DNA from: a virus
Taxonomy: Duplodnaviria; Caudoviricetes
Direction: 5' to 3' (one strand)
DNA length: 53,613 bases
Virus record (IMG/VR): IMGVR_UViG_3300042868_001142
Coordinates: 1 to 53,613 of that record
Shown: positions 23,789-32,477 of the stretch, one piece after another
Layout: each line of letters starts with the position of its first letter
Numbering within the stretch: position 1 is the stretch's first letter
Program-made: the position numbers and the translations under genes
The notes under the pieces: generated by a model
Database searches by the model: none
Told to the model about the DNA's origin: nothing
What the model saw: only the letters and a program-made list of their open reading frames with translations

Positions 23789-24904
23789 GTGCAACACTCA
23801 AACATCGTCGGCGGCTCTACAGCCAAGCGCGTGATCGCGTGCCCCGGCTCGGTGAAGCTGGTGCAAAAGATGCCGCCGCAGCCGTCGAGCGTCCACGCTG
23901 ATCGCGGCACGATGCTGCACGACGTGATCAGCCGCATCCTGCTCGACCAAGGCGTCATCATCGGCCAGTACAAACACAAAGACCAACTACTCACACAGGA
24001 GCTTTACGATGAGAAGATTGCACCTGCCTTGGACGCGCTCGACGAGATCGATCCCTACGGTCGGCTGGTATACGAGGTTGAGACACGGGTTGGCTTCGGC
24101 GACCTTTTGCCTGGAGTGTTTGGTAGCACTGATCTTGTTGGTCGTATCGATCATCGCGCTATCGTCCTTGATTGGAAGTTTGGCGACGGTGTTGTTGTCG
24201 ATGCTGTAGAGAACGCGCAACTGATGTTCTACGCGGCAGCGGCCATGCGTACCGATGACCTGAAGTGGGCCTTCGAGGGTGCCACCGAGATCGAGTGCAT
24301 CATCGTGCAGCCGCCAGCGATCAGGCGCTGGGTGACGACCGTGGGCCGCATCAAGCAGTTCGAGCACGAGCTGGTGTCTGCGGTCAAGACCGCGCTGCGC
24401 GATGACGCGCCGCTGGCGCAGGGCGACCACTGCCGCTGGTGCGCGGCCAAGCCGATCTGCCCGCAGATGACCGGCGCTGTCGATCGCGCACTGAAGCAGC
24501 AATTGATCAACTTGGATGTTGACACGCTTGGCCGGTATCTGCACAATGCCGACCTCTTGGAGGAATGGATCAAAGACTTGCGTGCGCTGGCTTTCGGGAT
24601 GCTTGAGAAGGGCGTTAACGTGCCCGGCGTCAAGATCGTCCAGAAGCAAGCGCGGCGCAAGTGGACCGATGAGAGCAAAGCCAAGCAGGCGTTGCTCTCA
24701 CTCGGTCTGAAAGAATCTGTCGTCGTCGAGACTACGATCATGTCCCCGGCGCAGGCCGAGAAGGCGCTCAAAAAGCGCTTTAGCGAACTGCCCGAGGACT
24801 TGATCAAGTCCGAGTCGTCAGGTACGACGCTCGCCCCGGAGGATGACCCCCGGCCAGCGGTGCAGTCGTTTGTCGGGCTGTCAAAAGCCCTTTCTAAACT
24901 GTAA
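23789..24904 (+). CDS. Cas4-like PD-(D/E)xK exonuclease (DUF2800-like)
   Basis: HS..GGS.A.R..CPGS, GT.LH, GSTD, VLDWKFG, QLMFYA, C-terminal HCRWC.AK..CP; GTG start after AGGAG. Confidence 0.85.
   Translation: MQHSNIVGGSTAKRVIACPGSVKLVQKMPPQPSSVHADRGTMLHDVISRILLDQGVIIGQYKHKDQLLTQELYDEKIAPALDALDEIDPYGRLVYEVETRVGFGDLLPGVFGSTDLVGRIDHRAIVLDWKFGDGVVVDAVENAQLMFYAAAAMRTDDLKWAFEGATEIECIIVQPPAIRRWVTTVGRIKQFEHELVSAVKTALRDDAPLAQGDHCRWCAAKPICPQMTGAVDRALKQQLINLDVDTLGRYLHNADLLEEWIKDLRALAFGMLEKGVNVPGVKIVQKQARRKWTDESKAKQALLSLGLKESVVVETTIMSPAQAEKALKKRFSELPEDLIKSESSGTTLAPEDDPRPAVQSFVGLSKALSKL
24009..24209 (+). CDS. Candidate overprinted small membrane protein (+1 frame of the Cas4-like gene)
   Basis: AGGAG-7nt-ATG; basic N-terminus and about 33-aa hydrophobic C-terminus; host codons locally T-ending. 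Confidence 0.55.
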   Translation: MRRLHLPWTRSTRSIPTVGWYTRLRHGLASATFCLECLVALILLVVSIIALSSLIGSLATVLLSML

Positions 24905-24914
24905 TGGAGTTCAC

Positions 24915-25550
24915 ATGTCTAATCTCGTAAAGTTCTCTGGCGCTAACCTGCCTTCCGTCACTTCCCTGTCCACCGCGCTGCGTAGCATCGCCACCGACGT
25001 TGGTGCCTCGACCACGGCCATCATCAAGATGGACCGCACGGGGCACTGGGTCTTCGGCGCTGACCAGACCGAGGCCGAGGCCGACGCAACTTGGGCTGTC
25101 AATCCCTTCTCCTTCGTCCACGGCTTCATCGCCTGGGGCGACGGCGAGGTGCTTGGCGAGAAGCTGGTGCCTGTCACCGAGCCTCTGCCCGAGTTGGAGG
25201 CCGCGCCTCACGGCGCTAAGAAGGGCTGGGAGCCGCAGACGGGCCTGAGCCTGAAGTGCATCAGCGGCGAAGACGCCGGCATGGAAGCGCGGTTCACCAC
25301 CACCAGCGTCGGCGGCCGCAAGGCCGTGCAGGCTCTGGCTGTGGAGATCGCCGCGCAGGTTGAGAAGGACCAGTCCAAGCCGGTGCCCGTCGTCAAGCTG
25401 GGTAAAGACCACTACACGCACAAGAGCTACGGCCGTATCTATACGCCGGTGTTTGAGGTCGTGGAGTGGGTCAGCATGAATGGCGAGGCTGATGAGGCTG
25501 CGCCTGAGGCCGCGCCTGCGGCTGGCCGTCGTCGCCGCGCTGCGGTGTAA
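24915..25550 (+). CDS. Putative single-stranded DNA-binding protein
   Basis: between nuclease and polA; Y.HKSYG.IY.P.F motif; SD GGAG. Confidence 0.7.
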   Translation: MSNLVKFSGANLPSVTSLSTALRSIATDVGASTTAIIKMDRTGHWVFGADQTEAEADATWAVNPFSFVHGFIAWGDGEVLGEKLVPVTEPLPELEAAPHGAKKGWEPQTGLSLKCISGEDAGMEARFTTTSVGGRKAVQALAVEIAAQVEKDQSKPVPVVKLGKDHYTHKSYGRIYTPVFEVVEWVSMNGEADEAAPEAAPAAGRRRRAAV

Positions 25551-25556
25551 TGTAAA

Positions 25557-25585
25557 AGGGCGGGGCCGAAAGGCTCCGTCTTTTT
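25557..25585 (+). terminator. GAAA-tetraloop intrinsic terminator
   Basis: GGGCGGGGCC-GAAA-GGCTCCGTC followed by TTTTT. Confidence 0.7.
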
Positions 25586-25587
25586 CT

Positions 25588-25887
25588 ATGCTGGACGAAG
25601 ATCGCATAGACGCGATTTCAAACGCTATCGCTGAAATCGAGTCGGGTATGTTGGATGTCACCACTATCCTTGGCACTGAAGTTTCGCTGGTTCACAACAG
25701 TGTTTTGCGGAACTTAGAAGAACACGAGTTCAAGTACTTTGAACTGAAAAAAGTACTGGATAAGTTAGACGCCTTAACGCTGGAGTTGTACCGCGTTAAG
25801 AAAGGGTTCACTCCTTCAAAAGAAGATGTGGAGCTATACAAAAATTTTCGCAAAAACGCCATACGCATTTTGCAAGGTAGGCTATGA
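25588..25887 (+). CDS. AT-rich inserted hypothetical protein (moron-like, 99 aa)
   Basis: composition differs from neighbours; ATGA overlap with polA. Confidence 0.55.
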   Translation: MLDEDRIDAISNAIAEIESGMLDVTTILGTEVSLVHNSVLRNLEEHEFKYFELKKVLDKLDALTLELYRVKKGFTPSKEDVELYKNFRKNAIRILQGRL

Positions 25888-27809
25888 GTCTATGGCTTGA
25901 CTTCGAGACGCGCAGCCGGGTTGACCTCGGCGCCAAGGGCGTCTACAACTACGCGCAAGACATGAGCACCGAGGTGCTGTGCATGTCCTACGCCTTCGAC
26001 GATGGCGAGGTCGTCACCTGGACGCCCGACCAGCCCTTTCCCGAGGATGTGCGGCGCCACGAGGGGCCGATCTACGCCCACAACGCCGCGTTCGAGCGGC
26101 TGATCTTTTCCTACGTGCTGCAAGTGCCGTTCAGGCTGGAGCAGTTCTACTGCACCGCCACGCAGGCTAGAGCCAACTGCGCGCCTGGCAGCCTTGAGGA
26201 CGTGGGGCGCTTCGCCAGCGCCAGCATGAAGAAGGACCACCGAGGCGCGCAACTGATCCGCTTGCTGTCGATCCCACAGGCTGACGGCAAGTTCCGCGAG
26301 GACGCCGACCTGATGGCCGAGATGATCCGCTACTGCGAGCAGGACGTCAGGGCCATGCGCGAGATCAGCAAGGCCATGCGGCCGCTGTCTGAGGACGAGC
26401 TTGCCGACTACCACGTCAACGAGCGCATCAACGACCGTGGCGTGCTGGTGGACGTGGCGCTCGCCAAGGCCGCCATGCGCTACGCCCACGACGAGTTGAT
26501 CGAGATCGAGGAGCGCGTGGCCGAACTGACCGATGGCGACATCACCAGCGTGCGCTCGCCCAAGATGCGCGAGTGGGTGCTTGAGCGCGTCGGCGAGCAG
26601 GCCAAGAAGCTGATGATGGTCAACGGCAAGTATTCGATTGACAAGACTGTGCGGGCCAACCTGCTCGCGATGGAGAACCCCGATGAGATACCGCCCGCTG
26701 TCGCCGAGGTTATACAGTGCGCCGACGACCTCTGGGCGTCATCGGTTGCGAAGTTCAGCCGCATGGCAGACCTGGCAGACGACGAAGATTGTCGAGTCCG
26801 TGGAGCTTTTGTCTTCGCTGGGGGTGCCGCCACGGGTCGTGCATCGAGCTATGGACTCCAAGTGCATAACTTCACTCGCAAGTGCGCTAAGGAACCTGAT
26901 GCAGTACGAACCGCTATGGTCCGAGGACACAACATCGTCCCAGCTTACGGACGCCGAGTTACAGATGTACTACGGGGAATGCTCCGGCCCGCACTGATAC
27001 CGGCCAAGGGTAAGCACCTCGTCGTCGCCGACTGGTCGGCCATCGAAGGGCGCGTCAACCCGTGGCTGGCCGCCAGCGACCAAGGCGAGGCCAAGCTGGA
27101 CGTGTTCCGCAAGCGCCTAGACCCGTACAAGGTCAACGCCGCTGCGACCTACAGCGTGGCCTACGACGACGTGACGGGCGAGCAGCGCCAGGTCGGTAAG
27201 GTGCAAGAGTTGGCGCTGGGCTTTGCCGGCGGCGTGGGGGCGTTCGCTGCGATGGGCCGCGCCTATGGCGTGCACTTCGAGGAGGCGCAGGCCAGGCGCA
27301 TCGTCGAGGCGTGGCGCCGCGCCAACCCGTGGTCCGTGCGCTTCTGGCAGCAGCTAGAGGAGGCGTACACGCGGGCGATGCGTAACGTCGGGCACGAGTT
27401 CTACGCCGGGCGCGTGGCGTACATGTTCGACGGGCAGCACCTGTGGTATGCGCTTCCGTCGGGCCGCGTGCTATGCTACCCCTACGCTCGGCTGGAAAGC
27501 GATGGGGTGACTTACGCTAAAGCATCTTGGAAGCCCGCCGCCGACGCGACAGAATGGCCCCGAGCGCGCCTTTGGAAGGGGCTTGCGTGCGAGAACATCA
27601 CCCAAGCCGCTGCCAATGACATCCTACGCCACGCCCTGCGCCAACTCGACGGCGTGGTGCTGCACGTCCACGACGAGATCGTCGTCGAGACAGACAAACC
27701 CGAAGCCGTCAAGCAGGAGATGGAGCGTATCATGTGCTCCCCGCCTGCATGGGCCGAGGGCATCCCGCTGGCCGTCGAGGCCAAAATCATGACAAGGTAT
27801 GGAAAATAA
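25884..27809 (+). CDS. polA: Family A DNA polymerase with 3'-5' exonuclease
   Basis: DFETRS, AHNAAFE, YCEQDV; motif A ADWSAIEGR, motif B RQVGKVQELALGF, motif C HVHDE. Confidence 0.92.
   Translation: MSLWLDFETRSRVDLGAKGVYNYAQDMSTEVLCMSYAFDDGEVVTWTPDQPFPEDVRRHEGPIYAHNAAFERLIFSYVLQVPFRLEQFYCTATQARANCAPGSLEDVGRFASASMKKDHRGAQLIRLLSIPQADGKFREDADLMAEMIRYCEQDVRAMREISKAMRPLSEDELADYHVNERINDRGVLVDVALAKAAMRYAHDELIEIEERVAELTDGDITSVRSPKMREWVLERVGEQAKKLMMVNGKYSIDKTVRANLLAMENPDEIPPAVAEVIQCADDLWASSVAKFSRMADLADDEDCRVRGAFVFAGGAATGRASSYGLQVHNFTRKCAKEPDAVRTAMVRGHNIVPAYGRRVTDVLRGMLRPALIPAKGKHLVVADWSAIEGRVNPWLAASDQGEAKLDVFRKRLDPYKVNAAATYSVAYDDVTGEQRQVGKVQELALGFAGGVGAFAAMGRAYGVHFEEAQARRIVEAWRRANPWSVRFWQQLEEAYTRAMRNVGHEFYAGRVAYMFDGQHLWYALPSGRVLCYPYARLESDGVTYAKASWKPAADATEWPRARLWKGLACENITQAAANDILRHALRQLDGVVLHVHDEIVVETDKPEAVKQEMERIMCSPPAWAEGIPLAVEAKIMTRYGK
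26683..26997 (+). CDS. Candidate overprinted protein (104 aa, +1 frame of polA)
   Basis: GGAG-7nt-ATG; host codons become A/T-ending across most of this ORF. Confidence 0.45.
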   Translation: MRYRPLSPRLYSAPTTSGRHRLRSSAAWQTWQTTKIVESVELLSSLGVPPRVVHRAMDSKCITSLASALRNLMQYEPLWSEDTTSSQLTDAELQMYYGECSGPH

Positions 27810-27833
27810 AAACGCCCGGTTGCAGCCGGGCGT
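27808..27833. terminator. GC hairpin between polA and primase
   Basis: ACGCCCGG-TTGCAG-CCGGGCGT preceded by an A run (U tract on the minus strand). Confidence 0.5.
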
Positions 27834-27853
27834 CTTCACCAAAGGAGCTACTG

Positions 27854-30169
27854 ATGGATTTCTTGGAGTATATGACAAATCTCGCGCCCGAGGGCGAGAC
27901 GTTCTTGGTTGTCAGGCAAAAGCCACAGCTAAAGGACAAGCAGATGCAGTACCACGCCGACGGTGCGGTCAAGGCCACTTGGCCGGCGTTCCTGCCCACG
28001 CATAAGATGAAGGACGGGCAGTCGTGGTACGGCAACACCGCCTCGTTCATCGTTGACCGCTTCACCGACGGCAAGGTCAGCGCCTCGGCCGCCAACTGCG
28101 AGTACGTCCTGTGCATGGTGCTTGACGACGTGGGCGACCCAGAGAAGGCGCCCAAGACGCCGCCGCTGGCCCCGACGTGGATCATGGAGACGAGCGAGGG
28201 CAGCGTCCAGTGGGGCTACGCCTTCGGCCTGGACGACCAGCCGACCAAGGCCGAGTACAGCGCGGCCATCCTAGCGATCGCCGAGGCCGGCTACAGCGAC
28301 CGGGGCGCGATCAACCCGGTCCGCAACTTCCGCCTACCTGGCTCAATCAACATGAAGCCCGGCCGCAACAGCTTCGCCTCGCGCCTGGTCGAGTTTGATC
28401 CAAAAAGAGAGTTCACCCTGCCCCAGATATGCGAGGCGCTGGGCGTCACCCCGGCCGAGGCCGGCAGCAACCCCTACAGGCCCGTCCGCGTCTCCGACGA
28501 CGGCGCCGACGACGTGCTGGCGTGGCTGTCGGGGCAGGGGCTGGTGCTGGCCAAGCCTAACGCGCAGGGCTGGGCCGGCGTCATCTGCCCCAACAGTGCC
28601 GAGCACAGCGACGGCAACCCAGAGGGGCGCTACAACCCGTCCATGCGGGCGTTTTGCTGCCTGCACAGCCACTGCATCGATCTGGACAGCAATACGTTCC
28701 TTGCGTGGGTGGCAAGCCAAGGTGGCCCGTCCCACGCCCCTGGCCTGCGCGATGAGCTACTGGCATCGATGATGACCGACGCGCTTGACAAGCTGCACCC
28801 TACTGAGGCGTTCCCCGACGAGGCCAAGCGCGTCATTGCTGAAGTGGAGCGCAAGGAGCTTGGCCGCACGACGATGGCCGACTGGTACAAACGCTTCTGT
28901 TATGTTCAAGAAGGCGACCACTACTTTGATCTGCAAGACCGCCGCGAGATCAGCCGCAGCACCTTCAACGCGCTGTTTAGGCACATTGAGTGCCGGTCAC
29001 AATTTGGCAAAAGGCCCAAGATCGAGGCGTCGTATTGCTTTGACGAGAATCGCCAAGAGATGGGCGCCCGCGCCCTGGTCGGCATCACCTACGCGGCCGG
29101 CGAGGGCGTGCTAGTGGCGCTTGACGGCGACGTGTACGGTAACCGCTGGCGCGACGCCCGGCCGCCGATCGACGCCGATGCCGGCGCCGACGTCAGCCCT
29201 TGGCTGGCCCACTGCGCGGCGCTCATCCCCGAGGCGTCCGAGCGTGAGCACGTCTTCAATGTGATGGCGTACAAGGTCCAACATCCAGAAGTGAAGATCA
29301 ACCACGCGGTGCTGCACGGCGGCGATCAAGGCTGTGGCAAGGATACGCTGTGGGCGCCGTTCATATGGGCCGTGTGCGGGCCGCAACTGAAAAACCGGGG
29401 GCTACTCGACAACGATACGCTTGGGTCACAGTGGGGCTACGCGTTGGAGTCCGAAATCCTGATCTTGAACGAGCTAAAAGAGCCAGAGGCCAAGGACCGC
29501 CGCGCCTTGTCGAACAAGCTCAAGCCCGTGATCGCTGCGCCCCCGGACATGCTCACGATCAACCGTAAGGGGCTGCACCCGTACGACAGTCTGAACCGCA
29601 TGTTTGTACTGGCGTTTTCCAATGACCCCGTGCCGATTTCGCTGGATTCGCAAGACCGCCGGTGGTTCGCGATCTGGTCCACCGCGCCGCGCATGGCCCC
29701 GGACGCCGCCGCGCGGCTGTGGGCCTGGTATAAGGCCGGCGGTTATGAAGCGATCGCCGCCTGGCTGCACGCCCGTGACGTCTCGGCGTTCAATCCGTCC
29801 GCAGCCCCTGCTTGGACTGAGTTCAAGGCGAACCTAGTCGAGCATGGGATGAGCATCGCCGAGTCCTACCTGGTCGAGATGATGCGCGCGCGTCGGGGTG
29901 AGTTCGCCAAGGGCGTCGTCGGCTCGCCCTTCCACGCCCTCTGCGACCGCGTGGCCGGCTCGGCGCCGTCTGGGGTCAAAGTGCCCCAGGCCGCGCTGCT
30001 GCACGCCCTTAAAGAGGCCGGTTGGGTCAACCTAGGGCGGCTGGCGTCGGGCGATTACCCGTCCAAGAAAAACGTCTACTGTCACCCGTCGATGGTCGAT
30101 CACACTAAGTCGGACCTGCGCCGTTTGTGTGAGGATGCGCCAGCGCCGGCAATGGTGCGGGTCAAGTAA
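27854..30169 (+). CDS. RepB-type primase fused to a Zn-binding domain and SF3 helicase (DUF5906-like)
   Basis: VLDD, ETSEGS.QWGY, RNFRLPGS.N.K; CP...EH...CLHSHC; Walker A GDQGCGKD, LILNE, FSND; SD AAAGGAG. Confidence 0.85.
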   Translation: MDFLEYMTNLAPEGETFLVVRQKPQLKDKQMQYHADGAVKATWPAFLPTHKMKDGQSWYGNTASFIVDRFTDGKVSASAANCEYVLCMVLDDVGDPEKAPKTPPLAPTWIMETSEGSVQWGYAFGLDDQPTKAEYSAAILAIAEAGYSDRGAINPVRNFRLPGSINMKPGRNSFASRLVEFDPKREFTLPQICEALGVTPAEAGSNPYRPVRVSDDGADDVLAWLSGQGLVLAKPNAQGWAGVICPNSAEHSDGNPEGRYNPSMRAFCCLHSHCIDLDSNTFLAWVASQGGPSHAPGLRDELLASMMTDALDKLHPTEAFPDEAKRVIAEVERKELGRTTMADWYKRFCYVQEGDHYFDLQDRREISRSTFNALFRHIECRSQFGKRPKIEASYCFDENRQEMGARALVGITYAAGEGVLVALDGDVYGNRWRDARPPIDADAGADVSPWLAHCAALIPEASEREHVFNVMAYKVQHPEVKINHAVLHGGDQGCGKDTLWAPFIWAVCGPQLKNRGLLDNDTLGSQWGYALESEILILNELKEPEAKDRRALSNKLKPVIAAPPDMLTINRKGLHPYDSLNRMFVLAFSNDPVPISLDSQDRRWFAIWSTAPRMAPDAAARLWAWYKAGGYEAIAAWLHARDVSAFNPSAAPAWTEFKANLVEHGMSIAESYLVEMMRARRGEFAKGVVGSPFHALCDRVAGSAPSGVKVPQAALLHALKEAGWVNLGRLASGDYPSKKNVYCHPSMVDHTKSDLRRLCEDAPAPAMVRVK

Positions 30170-30171
30170 AG

Positions 30172-30205
30172 AAAAACCCCCACGGGCTTGTGGCCGGTGG
30201 GGGTT
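30172..30205. terminator. Terminator hairpin between convergent transcripts
   Basis: AACCCCCAC...GTGGGGGTT stem with a flanking A run. Confidence 0.65.
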
Positions 30206-30226
30206 AAGACAGGAGGTGGCAACTGC

Positions 30227-30289
30227 TCAGAGGTCGAGGAAGACCACTAGCAGCGCCACTAGTGTAACAGCAATCAATCCTGCGACCAT
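30227..30289 (-). CDS. 20-aa hydrophobic micropeptide MVAGLIAVTLVALLVVFLDL
   Basis: hand translation; purine-rich GAGGAAGG upstream; ends just before the terminator. Confidence 0.45.
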   Translation of the reverse strand: MVAGLIAVTLVALLVVFLDL

Positions 30290-30489
30290 ATCGCGCCTTC
30301 CTCGATCTGGCCGATTAAATCGTTTCCGAGCAGGGGCAGGATATCGACGCCGCCTACCTTGGCGCTGGTCAGGTACGCGGCCGGCGGAAACGGCGGATTG
30401 ATCTCATCAGCCGTCTGACCGGGGTCATATTCAAGCTCGCAATCAAGCTCGATCTCGCCAAAGCGGTGCAAATAGCCTATTGTTCGCAT
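30274..30489 (-). CDS. Small acidic hypothetical protein
   Basis: LDCELEY.P...VGGVDILPLL...I.QIE. Confidence 0.65.
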   Translation of the reverse strand: MRTIGYLHRFGEIELDCELEYDPGQTADEINPPFPPAAYLTSAKVGGVDILPLLGNDLIGQIEEGAIWSQD

Positions 30490-30782
30490 ACGGCTCCCGA
30501 TTTTTCGCGTGCATTCAGTACATCACATATATGCCGCAATTCGGTGTAGTGGCCCCCGCGAATGTTTGTTTCGTTCGCGCCGCTGTAAGTTTTAACTCGG
30601 TCAATGTGCACCCATTGCGGAGATGGGTCAAGAACCCAAGCCCCCCTAGTCGTGCGACCCCCAAGGATAAAAACTTCGGTCAGCCAATTGGCGTCCGTAT
30701 GCGTTTTGCCGGTCCACACGGCCATGTGCATTTCATGGTCGCCCTCGTAGCGACTCAAGGCTATCGTTTCTGGCGTTTTCAT
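30477..30782 (-). CDS. Hypothetical protein
   Basis: 101 aa, ATGA-coupled, lower GC. Confidence 0.55.
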   Translation of the reverse strand: MKTPETIALSRYEGDHEMHMAVWTGKTHTDANWLTEVFILGGRTTRGAWVLDPSPQWVHIDRVKTYSGANETNIRGGHYTELRHICDVLNAREKSGAVCEQ

Positions 30783-31102
30783 TCTGTAATCTCCACCACT
30801 TCAGGGGTTGACGGGTCCAACATGGCCGCTGGCCGGTCGGCGTGCTCGTAGTCCACCTTGGCAAGGTGCAAATGGCCGTTAAGGGCCGCGTAGCGTGCCA
30901 CATAGTCGGCCGTGCTCATTCCGGCCGCAAACACCGGGAAATGGCGTTTACTGCTATCGTGCTTGGCGTGGCCCTTGGGCCGGGTCAACTTGGCGCCTTT
31001 GCGGCCCTTGGATTTGTCAATCAAAGCCAGTAGTTCGCGCGTCGGTTCGGCGTTTTCGGGCTTGACAGTGAAAGTGGCGCGATTGTGGGTGATGGTAATC
31101 AT
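30779..31102 (-). CDS. Hypothetical protein
   Basis: 107 aa, SD GGGAG; FP.F.AGMSTADYV..Y. Confidence 0.65.
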   Translation of the reverse strand: MITITHNRATFTVKPENAEPTRELLALIDKSKGRKGAKLTRPKGHAKHDSSKRHFPVFAAGMSTADYVARYAALNGHLHLAKVDYEHADRPAAMLDPSTPEVVEITE

Positions 31103-31106
31103 GGGG

Positions 31107-31256
31107 TTAGTCTCCCTTTAAAACAATGTAGGAATCATTGGAATAGGGCGCTTGGCCGGCTTTAGACTCGGCCGCGCTACGCGACTCAGCCAGCACTGGA
31201 ACACTGTAAACAAGGCCAGTGCTAATGTGCTTGATTTTTACAAAGTAAGTTTTCAT
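31107..31256 (-). CDS. Small hypothetical protein (49 aa)
   Basis: SD GGGGAG before ATG 31256. Confidence 0.5.
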   Translation of the reverse strand: MKTYFVKIKHISTGLVYSVPVLAESRSAAESKAGQAPYSNDSYIVLKGD

Positions 31257-31260
31257 GACG

Positions 31261-31590
31261 TCACTCCCCAAACTCAGCGTAATGCTCACCCATTGCGTGA
31301 GCCATGAGCGTGAGGATGCGAGCGTTTTCCTTGCCATATACCTCAGGCCGGGCCCAAAAGCCCGCGCCGTGACCGTTACGGGTCAACCATAAATCATGGC
31401 CTACCTGCGCGGGATCAAATTGGCTCAAATCAATCTCGCCCGAGCACGCTAAACGCAGACGATGGCAAGCCATAAACGCCTCGCGCTTAGTGTCAGGGCT
31501 TAACGGCTCATCAGCCGATGGCTGGTCATCTTCGCCCGTTTCAGTGAAATAGATTGCCTCGATGTAGGCGTCAGTCATTTTGTCGTTCAT
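31261..31590 (-). CDS. Hypothetical protein (GHDLWLTRNGHGAGFW family)
   Basis: distinctive motif; ATGA-coupled start at 31590. Confidence 0.7.
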   Translation of the reverse strand: MNDKMTDAYIEAIYFTETGEDDQPSADEPLSPDTKREAFMACHRLRLACSGEIDLSQFDPAQVGHDLWLTRNGHGAGFWARPEVYGKENARILTLMAHAMGEHYAEFGE

Positions 31591-31715
31591 GGCTTCATGT
31601 TCCAAAAGTAAAGGGCAAAGGGCGCGCCGATGAGCGCAGCGACGATAGCGGCTTGCAGGAGGTCGCGCAGGACGCTTGGCCGGCGCTCAGGTTCGGGCGT
31701 GTAGTGTTGTCTCAT
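31587..31715 (-). CDS. Small membrane protein (42 aa, not in the ORF track)
   Basis: MRQHYTP...LLQAAIVAALIGAPFALYFW; ATGA-coupled at both ends. Confidence 0.55.
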   Translation of the reverse strand: MRQHYTPEPERRPSVLRDLLQAAIVAALIGAPFALYFWNMKP

Positions 31716-31921
31716 GATGCGGCCCGATCGACGATAAAGTCATGCAGGAAGATTTCCAGCATGGTGACGCGCGGCAGGCCGTCGAAATCACCATCAGGGT
31801 CATTCCATGCGATAGCGGCGCGCAATTCGTCGTCTGGCGCGGCGTAAATGTCCCATGCGGTTTCTGGTACGCCATGAAACAGTCGGACCAGTTGGCCCTC
31901 TTTGAAATCGTAAGACGTCAT
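31712..31921 (-). CDS. Small acidic hypothetical protein
   Basis: 69 aa, WNDPDGDF motif, ATGA coupling. Confidence 0.6.
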   Translation of the reverse strand: MTSYDFKEGQLVRLFHGVPETAWDIYAAPDDELRAAIAWNDPDGDFDGLPRVTMLEIFLHDFIVDRAAS

Positions 31922-32178
31922 TCCGCATACTCCTCAAGCATGTGCGCGGCAATTTCGCGCCAATTAACATCAGACAGAAAGGCGAGGGCGTAGTCGCGGG
32001 CGAGGCCCGGCTCGGATGAGCACTCGACGTAGTACTCTGCGCGCTCTTGGCAGGCGTCTGCGAGCGCGTGCGCATCGTCGGCGTCGCTGAAGTCCTCAAG
32101 GGGCAGGCTGTCGAAGATTTCAAGATGGACGCGCCAAGTGGCGTAGTTGGTCCAGCCGTTGTAAGTGTTGTCGGTCAT
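31918..32178 (-). CDS. Hypothetical early protein (YNGWTNY.TW family)
   Basis: YNGWTNYATW...FLSDVNWREIA; SD AAGGAG. Confidence 0.75.
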   Translation of the reverse strand: MTDNTYNGWTNYATWRVHLEIFDSLPLEDFSDADDAHALADACQERAEYYVECSSEPGLARDYALAFLSDVNWREIAAHMLEEYAE

Positions 32179-32181
32179 GGC

Positions 32182-32424
32182 TCAGGCTCCTTGGCGGTTA
32201 TGGTGAGCTTGCAGGCGCTGCGCGTAGGCGAGATAGGACGCATTGGCAGGATGGTCCATCGACCAACGGTCTGGCTCAGTGCCGAGGGTCTGGGCGTAGG
32301 CGATAGCGTCAGCATAGGACGCCATCGGCAGGAGCTTGGAGCCAAGCTCGACGTACACGCCGTGCGTGCCGAGCTTCTCGGCGTAGTCTGATGTTGGGTA
32401 GGCGTAACCGATTGAGTGTTTCAT
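32182..32424 (-). CDS. Hypothetical protein
   Basis: 80 aa, SD AAAGGA. Confidence 0.6.
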   Translation of the reverse strand: MKHSIGYAYPTSDYAEKLGTHGVYVELGSKLLPMASYADAIAYAQTLGTEPDRWSMDHPANASYLAYAQRLQAHHNRQGA

Positions 32425-32477
32425 GTTTGTCCTTTACTTGATTGAGCGCGGCGCTCGGGCCGCGCGAGGGTTGAGGG

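Noticed and set aside
23789-24904. Cas4-like gene as evidence of CRISPR-Cas
   Set aside because: No array or other cas genes; solo Cas4-like nucleases are common in phage replication modules
28785-29114. Further +1-frame ORFs in the primase and nuclease genes (also 24516..24710, 29604..29837)
   Set aside because: No SD-ATG pairing, composition typical of off-frame GC-rich DNA, and codon bias not bounded by the ORF
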